Of a stretch of DNA of 55,265 nt, positions 48,293 to 55,247 are shown one piece after another. The notes under the pieces were generated by a model. It did not search any database and was not told the origin of the DNA. It worked only from the letters and a program-made list of their open reading frames with translations. Numbering within the stretch: position 1 is the first letter of the stretch; each line of letters starts with the position of its first letter. The DNA lies in NCBI GenBank assembly GCA_025463165.1, contig JAOBAU010000027.1:1-55265 (forward strand). Reading direction: 5' to 3'. A program made the translations under genes and the position numbers. Source of the stretch: Acidobacteriota bacterium (lineage in GTDB: Bacteria; Acidobacteriota; Thermoanaerobaculia; Gp7-AA8).

Positions 48293-48448
48293 TCAGCAGC
48301 CGGCCATCCACCACGTCTGCATTGCCTGCGTGATCTGGAAGGTATTGAGAATGTCCTTCTCGCTCATCACCTGCACGCGCGGCGTGACATACGCCGGACG
48401 ATCGTTTTTGCTCTTCTCCGGGGAGGTCGTGACCTGGGTCTCGTTCAT
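48293..48448 (-). CDS. 51-aa candidate RiPP precursor peptide (not in the ORF track)
   Basis: My own translation is MNETQVTTSPEKSKNDRPAYVTPRVQVMSEKDILNTFQITQAMQTWWMAGC*. GGAGGA lies 7 nt upstream of the ATG. It sits directly downstream of the PqqD-like gene, and its C-terminal Cys matches the HFCD enzyme in the operon. Confidence 0.6.
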   Translation of the reverse strand: MNETQVTTSPEKSKNDRPAYVTPRVQVMSEKDILNTFQITQAMQTWWMAGC

Positions 48449-48455
48449 TGAAATG

Positions 48456-48461
48456 TCCTCC
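48456..48461 (-). promoter_or_regulatory. Shine-Dalgarno (GGAGGA) of the precursor ORF
   Basis: Forward-strand TCCTCC at 48456-48461, with a 7-nt spacer to the ATG at 48448. Confidence 0.55.
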
Positions 48462-48526
48462 GTTGAGTGTCGTTACGGCTCAACCTGTTTATGCGTTTGG
48501 CGACATCATAAGGATGTCGATCGGTT

Positions 48527-48793
48527 TCAGTCAACGAGTAATCCCAGGGAAGCGAGCTCAGAGGCGGCGCTCTCGACGTCCCGCGCCGCCGTTTCCGGTT
48601 CCACGCCGCTGTACTCCTCGGCGAGCCGGCCGGCGATCTCCTGCAATGTGATGTTGCCGTCGCAGGCACGCCAGACGAACGACATCGTCTCGTTGAGAAC
48701 GAAAAACTTCGCGTTCGCCGGGTCGAAGAGCATCAGCTCACCCTGGAGCGGAGCCTCCTCAATGCCGGGATTGCGGCGGAGTGACGCGGTCAT
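48527..48793 (-). CDS. PqqD family protein (RiPP recognition element-like)
   Basis: Start MTASLRRNPGIEEAPLQGELMLFDPANAKFFVLNETMSFVWRACDGNITLQEIAGRLAEEY..., 88 aa. This is the classic PqqD pattern. The upstream 93 codons of the listed ORF are Arg-rich non-coding read-through. Confidence 0.8.
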   Translation of the reverse strand: MTASLRRNPGIEEAPLQGELMLFDPANAKFFVLNETMSFVWRACDGNITLQEIAGRLAEEYSGVEPETAARDVESAASELASLGLLVD

Positions 48794-48851
48794 GGCAGAA
48801 CCATCCTGATGTCCGGAACGCGCAGAGAGTAGCGGCGAATCGCTGAAAGCG

Positions 48852-50117
48852 TCAAGGCAGCGACGGCTCGTCGGTCGTGTACGTGAATTCCGTGAAGCAC
48901 ATCTCGTCTTTCGTCGTCTGTCCGAAATGAACGTCCACCGGCGGATTGCTCGGGTTGCGAGAGTTCGCAGCCGTATTGTCGAACGACGCGGCCAGATCGA
49001 TGACCGTCCCCGCCGGCAACGCCAGCGGCGCGGCCAGCTGATACATCCCTCCCCACGCCGGATCCCAGTCATCGATTTTCAGCAGGCACTCGCGAACGCC
49101 ACCAGGCCGCGTTGCATTCACTTCGATGCGATGCCCGAGGTAATGCATGTGGCCACCGAGCGCATACATGTGGATCGGTTTCGGGATCGTGTACGACGCG
49201 GTGACACGCACATCCGAGTTACCCGCCGGGATCTCCAGTGCCCCGAGAGCAACCGCGCGATACTCGAGCAGCCGGCGCGGACGCTTCTTCGCAAAATAGA
49301 ATGCGACCTTCGCCTGCTCGGGCGGTGGCGTCGCGGTTCGCGGATGAAAGTGAAAATAGAGGACGAGGTCCGAGTGCGGAGGAATCGGAATGCCGACGCC
49401 ATCCGGCACCGAGAATGGCTGCGCATTCGAGAACCAGTTCCCGAAGTACGACGTCGGGATGAACTGCACGTCGAGCTGGCCGTCGTAGCCCGGCTTCGGG
49501 TCGGCGGCGTCGAGCTTCCGCGCCTTGCCACTCGAGTCGATCATCGCCGTCACGTGATGCACGGTTCGCGGCGACGACGGACGAACGTCGACGGATGTGA
49601 CGTAACGCGTCTCGGAAAAATCGAGCGGAATCACGATGCTGCGGAACGTCTCATGGTCGCCCGGCGGAGAGTAGGGCTCCGGCATCTCCACGACGAGATC
49701 GGGACGGCCGAGCTTCCAGCCGGCGTCGAACTTCCGGCGCGGCGGCAGTTGCACGCGATCGCCTTCGGGCGCTCCTGCCGCCGCCCACGCTCCGATCGCG
49801 TCGATCTCGGACTGCGTCAGCCGCCTCTCACCTGCGAAGGAGCCGCAGCCAGGCACCGGTTTCCACGGCGGCATCTGTCGCTTGCGCGTGAGTTGCGCGA
49901 TCTCCGACGCGAGAGCTTTGGCCGGCTCGTACGTTTCCAATGACAGATGCGACGGACCACCGGCGTGATGGCATTGCTGACAACGCGCGGCGAAGATGCG
50001 GACGATCTCGCGGCTGAACGTCGGCGACGGAGGCGTGCGGTCAGCCGGCGCGGCGTTGATGAGCACGAAGAACGCCGCGGCCGCGACCGCCGAGACCGCA
50101 ACGTTCCGGACGTTCAT
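48852..50117 (-). CDS. Copper type II ascorbate-dependent monooxygenase-like protein (PHM/DBH fold) with N-terminal CxxCH segment, secreted
   Basis: Start MNVRNVAVSAVAAAAFFVLINA at 50117 (ATGA overlap with the HFCD stop). Motifs: CQQCHH; VHHVTAM (HH); HFHFH; GGHMHYLGH (HxH); DEMC (Met ligand candidate). Confidence 0.7.
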   Translation of the reverse strand: MNVRNVAVSAVAAAAFFVLINAAPADRTPPSPTFSREIVRIFAARCQQCHHAGGPSHLSLETYEPAKALASEIAQLTRKRQMPPWKPVPGCGSFAGERRLTQSEIDAIGAWAAAGAPEGDRVQLPPRRKFDAGWKLGRPDLVVEMPEPYSPPGDHETFRSIVIPLDFSETRYVTSVDVRPSSPRTVHHVTAMIDSSGKARKLDAADPKPGYDGQLDVQFIPTSYFGNWFSNAQPFSVPDGVGIPIPPHSDLVLYFHFHPRTATPPPEQAKVAFYFAKKRPRRLLEYRAVALGALEIPAGNSDVRVTASYTIPKPIHMYALGGHMHYLGHRIEVNATRPGGVRECLLKIDDWDPAWGGMYQLAAPLALPAGTVIDLAASFDNTAANSRNPSNPPVDVHFGQTTKDEMCFTEFTYTTDEPSLP

Positions 50118-50689
50118 CTGAGCTTCGCGCGCAGTTGGACGAGCAGCGTCGGCAACGGAAACGGCTCGCTCACTTCGTCGAGCCCTTCGCGCGTTGCGAT
50201 CTCGACATTCGGCAGCGGCGGCAGCACGACGTAGCCATCGCGCTTCAGCGTTTCGATGTTGCGCTGCACCGCCGCGTGCTGCCACATCACTTCATTCGTC
50301 ACCGGCACGAAGAAGACCGGCTTTCGCGTGGCGATGATCAGCGCGGCGATCAGCTCATCGGCGATGCCCTGCGCGACTTTCGACAAGATGTTGACCGTTG
50401 CGGGATAGACGATGATGAGATCGGCATCGCGCGCCAGCTCGATGTGGGGAACGTACACGCCGCCGGCGATGTCGTCCATCTCCGTAAAGACCGGATGTCT
50501 GCTCGCCACTTCGAGCGCATACGACGACACCATCTTTGACGCCGCGCGCGAGACGACGACCTGCACGTCATCGGCAACGTGACGCAACAGTGCGAGCACG
50601 AAGCCGGGCAACGCATACGCCTGAAATCCGCCCGCTGCGCACAGGAGCACCTTGCGCGCGCGTCCGTTCTGTTCGGTCATTTCGTGCAT
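50114..50689 (-). CDS. HFCD family flavoprotein (EpiD/CoaC-like cysteine decarboxylase), stand-alone
   Basis: VLLCAAGGFQAYALPGFV...VVVSRAA...VPHIELARDADLIIVYPATVNILSKVAQGIADEL. It has the conserved active-site His and the PAT.N motif. At 191 aa it has no CoaB domain. Confidence 0.85.
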   Translation of the reverse strand: MHEMTEQNGRARKVLLCAAGGFQAYALPGFVLALLRHVADDVQVVVSRAASKMVSSYALEVASRHPVFTEMDDIAGGVYVPHIELARDADLIIVYPATVNILSKVAQGIADELIAALIIATRKPVFFVPVTNEVMWQHAAVQRNIETLKRDGYVVLPPLPNVEIATREGLDEVSEPFPLPTLLVQLRAKLR

Positions 50690-50709
50690 GGTAACCTGAC
50701 CGCATCGCC

Positions 50710-51219
50710 ATGCTGACGCTGCTTCGCGTCGCCCCTTTCGCGCTGCTTCTCCTCCTCGGCGCCATCGTGGTGGCGACGAAATGGCGTCGCAGCGCGACCA
50801 TCACCTTCATCGCGTTCTTCCTGATTGCATCGTGCGTCGCCGGCTTCGCGAAACGCGATCTCTGGCCGTTCTCGCCATACCCGGTGATCGCAGAGTCGGC
50901 CGAGCGCTGGCGCGAATCGATCTGGTACGAAGTACGCGCCGTCGATGGGCACGGCGTCGAGCATCCGCTCGACGTCTCGCCGTTCACCCGCTCCTCGTAC
51001 GAGAAATCGCTCACACGCGCATGGCCGAAGGTGCAGTGGTGCGCGCGCCTCGTTCGCGGAGGCGCCCCGATTCGGAACGACTATCTGCTCGGCGCGTTCG
51101 CGGCGCCCGACTGGCTGCTGGAGCGCGGCGGCCGCACCACGGCCGGCGAACAAACGATCCGTATTTACCGCCACGACGTTCGCGGCACATCACTCGTTCG
51201 CGAAATCCCGAGCCAATGA
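50710..51219 (+). CDS. Single-pass membrane protein with WPF..YP motif (paralog of 42155..42805)
   Basis: N-terminal TM segments are followed by KRDLWPFSPYPVI...YEVRAVDGHGVEHPLD. The stop overlaps the HTTM-2 start (ATGA). Confidence 0.6.
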   Translation: MLTLLRVAPFALLLLLGAIVVATKWRRSATITFIAFFLIASCVAGFAKRDLWPFSPYPVIAESAERWRESIWYEVRAVDGHGVEHPLDVSPFTRSSYEKSLTRAWPKVQWCARLVRGGAPIRNDYLLGAFAAPDWLLERGGRTTAGEQTIRIYRHDVRGTSLVREIPSQ

Positions 51220-52007
51220 GCGCGCTGGAACGGCTGTTCTTCTCACCACCGAGCGCTCGCGGAATCGTCGCCGCGCGAATCATCGTCGTCGCGCACGCGC
51301 TCTGGATCGTGTTGTCACGGCCCTCGCTTTGGTCGGTGAATCCGCCTCGCGACCTGGCGCTCCGTTTCGGCTGGCTGTTTGACGTCGCAACCGAACGCGT
51401 TCTCTTCATCGTGCTCGTCGTCGCCATCGCGCTGGCGCTCTTCAGCCGCGTCGCGTCACTTGCGGCGGCGGTGCTGCTGTATCACTTCGCGCCGCTGGAA
51501 GAAGCGCTCGCCCATTCGGGCGATCCATTCATGTACGGACTCACTGCCGACGTGCTCGCGCTGGCAGTCCTCGCATTCGTTCCTCGCGTGCGAAACGCGG
51601 AGCCGAGCGGCGATTTCCGCTGGCCGATCGTCCTGATCCGTTTCGCGGTCGCGGCGCCGTATCTCTTCTCGCTCGTCGCGAAGGGAATCGGCTGGTTCAC
51701 CGGATCGAACATTGCGAACGTTGCGCGCACCTTCGATTTGATTGGCGTCGCGCCCGCCGCGAATCTCGTGATCGATCACCCGGTGTTAGCCTGGCTGATT
51801 GCGATCGGCTGGCTGCTGGTCTCGATCGGGATGCCGATCGCGGTCGTGTCACGTCGCGTCGCGCGCTTCGTCGTACCGATTGCCGCGCTTGCGCATCTCG
51901 CGGCGATTCCGCTGTTCGGCGTGATCTGGCTCGCCACGCCGCTGCTGTTGCTGTTCGTCGATTACAGCGCGACCCCGAACTCCTCCGCCCATCGCGCCAG
52001 CGCGTAG
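51216..52007 (+). CDS. HTTM-like membrane protein (paralog of 42802..43710)
   Basis: LERLFFSPPSARGIVAARIIVVAHALWIVLSRP...LLYHFAPLE...FRWPIVLIRFAVAAPYLFSLVAKG is collinear with HTTM-1. Confidence 0.7.
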   Translation: MSALERLFFSPPSARGIVAARIIVVAHALWIVLSRPSLWSVNPPRDLALRFGWLFDVATERVLFIVLVVAIALALFSRVASLAAAVLLYHFAPLEEALAHSGDPFMYGLTADVLALAVLAFVPRVRNAEPSGDFRWPIVLIRFAVAAPYLFSLVAKGIGWFTGSNIANVARTFDLIGVAPAANLVIDHPVLAWLIAIGWLLVSIGMPIAVVSRRVARFVVPIAALAHLAAIPLFGVIWLATPLLLLFVDYSATPNSSAHRASA

Positions 52008-53881
52008 ATGCGCCAGATGGCGCGGACGTCGTTGTGCTTTCGCGCGGCGAAGTCGTCGACGAATCGTGCGACCGCGCCGCGCGCGAACATCGGCGCGCCC
52101 GCGACGGCGAGAATGCGCGCTTCGACATCCGGCCACATCGCGCCGCGGATGAACTGCTCGTCGGGCGTGCCGAAACCCATCCGGTCTTTGCGTTCGGTCA
52201 CGTCCGTCGGCAGGTAGCGGCGGGCGACGTCGCGGAGGACGCGTTTGCGCTGGCCGCCGCCGGCTTTGAAGTGATCGGGCAAGGAGAACGCGAGCTCGAC
52301 GAGCGCGCGATCGAGGAACGGGACGCGCGCTTCGATGGAGCTGGCCATCGAGACGCGATCGGTGTAGCCGAGGATGATTTTTACGTTGCCCCATTTCACG
52401 TCGCGGAAGAGGAGCCGTGCTACGCGCGAGGAGCGTCGGCCGCGATCGGCGAGCGCGTTGCGCGCGGCCTCGATGCGTGCGGCGTCGCGGCCGTACGACG
52501 GCTCGAGCCACGATTGCGCCGGCCGCTTTTGCGCGAGACGTCGCGCGAGTAGGTCACGGATGATCGCGAAGGATGAGCGTTCTTCGTATCGCGCCATTGC
52601 GCGGAGCTCGCGCGCGAATGAGAAGACATCGCGGCGATCGAGGTGATCGCGCAGGAGATTGACCTGATAGCTCGGGTAGCCGGCGAACACTTCATCTGAT
52701 GCTTCGCCATCGATCACGACGGTCATGCCGTGCTCGCGACAAAGCTCGAAGACGCGGAACTGGGCGAGCGCGGCGATGCCGAGGACCGGTTCGTCCATCG
52801 CGCGCATCACGCGGCCGGCGTTGGCGACGACCCACGATTCGTCGAACGTCGTTTCGTGCAGCGTCAGTCCGTATTTGCGCGCCACCGACTCCGCGTACGG
52901 CAGCTCGCTGAAGCGCGCGAACCGTGGATCGCGGAAGCCGAATGAGAACGCGGGCGGCGGCGCGACGTCTTTCGCCGCGATCGCGGCGAGCAGCGATGAA
53001 TCGAGTCCGCCCGAGACGAGATAGCCGACGTTGACGTCGGCGACGTTGTGCGTCGCGACCGCGTGGCGCAAGCGTGATTCGACTTCATCCACGCATTGCG
53101 CGTATTCGCGATCGCTCGATTCGCGCGGCTCGATGGCGCTGAAGTTCCAGTAGGTTTGCGGCGACGGCATCGCGCCGTGCGCATCGAACGAAATCTCGAC
53201 GAAGCTCGCGGCCGGCAGCGGTGTGATTCCTTCGAAGAACGTTTCATCGAGCACCGGCACGCGATTGCCGCGCAGGAACGCGGCGACGATCGGCGCGTGC
53301 GCGCGCGGACGCTCATCACGCGCGGCGACGAGCTGCTTCACTTCCGACGCGATCAGAATCCGCTCGCCGTCGAGCGACCAGTAGAGCGGTTTGATCCCGA
53401 AGCGATCGCGCGACGCGACGACGACGCGCCGCTGCAGATCGACGATGACGATTCCCCACATCCCGTCGAGCTCTTCGAAGCAGCGCGTTCCCCACGCTTC
53501 GTACGCCGCCAGCGCGACTTCCGTGTCGCCGTGTGTCGCGAACGCGCGTCCGTTCGCGGCCAGTCGCATGCGCAGTTCGCGGAAGTTGTAAATCTCGCCG
53601 TTGAAGGCGATCCAGACCCTGCCATCCGGTGATGACATCGGCTGCGATGCCGCTTCGCTCAGATCGATGACGTTCAGCCGGCGAAACGCCATCGCGGCGA
53701 GCACCGGCGTCGACGGCACTGCTGCCGGATCGCGCACGAGTAGCGCGTCACCGCGCTGATCGATGAAGACGAATCGCTCGCCGTCGGGACCGCGATGGCG
53801 AATCTGCGCGTGCATCCGCATCAGCCGCGCCACCGCGTCGGGCGACGCGGTGCGATCGATGACCGCGCTAATCCCGCACAT
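51962..53881 (-). CDS. Asparagine synthase (glutamine-hydrolysing) family protein
   Basis: Ntn Cys2 (MCGISAV), RGPDG, and the PP-loop SGGLDSS. 639 aa. The 3' end overlaps HTTM-2 convergently by 46 nt. Confidence 0.9.
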   Translation of the reverse strand: MCGISAVIDRTASPDAVARLMRMHAQIRHRGPDGERFVFIDQRGDALLVRDPAAVPSTPVLAAMAFRRLNVIDLSEAASQPMSSPDGRVWIAFNGEIYNFRELRMRLAANGRAFATHGDTEVALAAYEAWGTRCFEELDGMWGIVIVDLQRRVVVASRDRFGIKPLYWSLDGERILIASEVKQLVAARDERPRAHAPIVAAFLRGNRVPVLDETFFEGITPLPAASFVEISFDAHGAMPSPQTYWNFSAIEPRESSDREYAQCVDEVESRLRHAVATHNVADVNVGYLVSGGLDSSLLAAIAAKDVAPPPAFSFGFRDPRFARFSELPYAESVARKYGLTLHETTFDESWVVANAGRVMRAMDEPVLGIAALAQFRVFELCREHGMTVVIDGEASDEVFAGYPSYQVNLLRDHLDRRDVFSFARELRAMARYEERSSFAIIRDLLARRLAQKRPAQSWLEPSYGRDAARIEAARNALADRGRRSSRVARLLFRDVKWGNVKIILGYTDRVSMASSIEARVPFLDRALVELAFSLPDHFKAGGGQRKRVLRDVARRYLPTDVTERKDRMGFGTPDEQFIRGAMWPDVEARILAVAGAPMFARGAVARFVDDFAARKHNDVRAIWRIYALARWAEEFGVAL

Positions 53882-55247
53882 CGTGAAGAGCGGCGGCCGG
53901 CGTCATCGCCAGCGCCAGAAACGTCCAGAGAAATGCGTCGATCTGCTGGCGGTAAACCGCCCCCTCGCTCTTCTCGAGAAAGGCGCTGACGGCGAGCACG
54001 TAGATGGCGACGAAGAGCATGTAGACGAGCAGCCACTTCGCGGCGCCGTTCCACGCGCGCGCGCGGCGCACGCCGCTGACGAGCGCGAAGACGATCAGCG
54101 GAAAACCGATCAGCGGCGCGGCGACGTCCATCCACGACCAGCGCGCGAAGAATTTTCGCGGATGATCGAAGTAGACGCCGAGCTGGTAGCCGGAAAGGAT
54201 GTAGGTCGAGTTCGCAACGTTGCCGAGGTATTTCAGCGGATGGTGCGCGATCAGCCAGAGCGTGTCGCGCAGGTACTGGCGGCCGACCGGAATGTAAATC
54301 GCGTGATGAAAATTCGGCTCGCCGGTCGATTTGCGCGTCCGGTCGAGCAGCGGCACGCCGGTCGGCGCGACGTCGACGTACGGCATGTACGTTTCGGGCG
54401 GTTCGTTGCGATAGACCAGGACGAGCGGCGACACGCGATGTTCGGCCAGTGCCTGCGCTTTGTCGGCGGTCATGCCGGCCGTCATTGCGGCGAGGTTGCA
54501 GCCGAACCAGCTGCTGCCGAGCGTCTGTTTGAACACGACGTACTGTTTGATTTGAAATGCGACCACGAGCGCGAACGGGAGCGCCGCGGCGGCGATCGCT
54601 TTGCGTCTCTTTGCCGGATGCAGTTTCGCGAATCCGTAGCCGATGAGCACGAGCGCCAGCGCGCACCAGATGCTCGTGAAGAAGGCGCGCGTGAGCGGCA
54701 GGATCACGAGCAGCATCGCGGTCGCGGCGAGCCACGCGATCGAGCCGCGCTGTAATGCGTTCGCCAGCGCGAGCGCCGACGCCGCGATGAGCAGCGCCAG
54801 CGGCACGCCGTAATAGACAGCGTTCTCGCACCACATCGCATTCGGATTGAGCATCAGCAGAATCGTCGCGAGCGTTGCGATTTCGGATCGCACTCCGAAG
54901 CGGCGCATCAGCGCGAATGCGATCAGATACAGCGCGAGCGCCATCAGCCAGTTCGCGTATTGATAATTGCGCGCGAAATTGCCCGGCACCCGGAGCATGC
55001 CGGCGACGAAGAGATTGAAGAGCGGCGGCTGCGCGTGGAGATACCAGAGACTGCGCCCGAGGTCGTTGAGAAGCAGCTCGCGATCGATGATCGGCATACA
55101 GCTGCCGAGCGTCGACACATCGAACGTCTCCCCGCGCAGCGTCGCCGCCGCGCGCTGCACGACATTTCCGCGGACGCTGATCGTGCCGACGCCGGTCGAA
55201 ACCGTTTGATAGAGCAGACGCGTGACGATGAACGTCGCGACGATCAC
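53868..55247 (-). CDS. Large polytopic membrane protein (possibly GT-C/PMT-like glycosyltransferase); may extend beyond the window
   Basis: 12 or more hydrophobic segments. GTG at 55247, but the frame stays open to 55265, so the true start may lie outside the window. The stop overlaps the asnB-like start by 14 nt. Confidence 0.55.
   Translation of the reverse strand: MIVATFIVTRLLYQTVSTGVGTISVRGNVVQRAAATLRGETFDVSTLGSCMPIIDRELLLNDLGRSLWYLHAQPPLFNLFVAGMLRVPGNFARNYQYANWLMALALYLIAFALMRRFGVRSEIATLATILLMLNPNAMWCENAVYYGVPLALLIAASALALANALQRGSIAWLAATAMLLVILPLTRAFFTSIWCALALVLIGYGFAKLHPAKRRKAIAAAALPFALVVAFQIKQYVVFKQTLGSSWFGCNLAAMTAGMTADKAQALAEHRVSPLVLVYRNEPPETYMPYVDVAPTGVPLLDRTRKSTGEPNFHHAIYIPVGRQYLRDTLWLIAHHPLKYLGNVANSTYILSGYQLGVYFDHPRKFFARWSWMDVAAPLIGFPLIVFALVSGVRRARAWNGAAKWLLVYMLFVAIYVLAVSAFLEKSEGAVYRQQIDAFLWTFLALAMTPAAALHDVRD

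Noticed and set aside
48293-48448. I considered whether the 51-aa peptide is a lasso peptide precursor, given the PqqD RRE, the HprK-like kinase and the nearby AsnB homolog.
   Set aside because: After E30/D32 the C-terminal part (…ILNTFQITQAMQTWWMAGC) contains no Asp/Glu to form the isopeptide ring. No transglutaminase-like B protease is present. The AsnB homolog keeps its glutaminase Cys and sits in a different, convergent operon.
50114-50689. I considered whether the HFCD flavoprotein is simply housekeeping CoaC (phosphopantothenoylcysteine decarboxylase).
   Set aside because: This is not fully excluded. However, the protein is stand-alone (no CoaB domain), ATGA-coupled to a secreted Cu monooxygenase, and sits in an operon with a PqqD gene and a Cys-terminated micro-ORF. 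A peptide-directed role therefore fits the context better.
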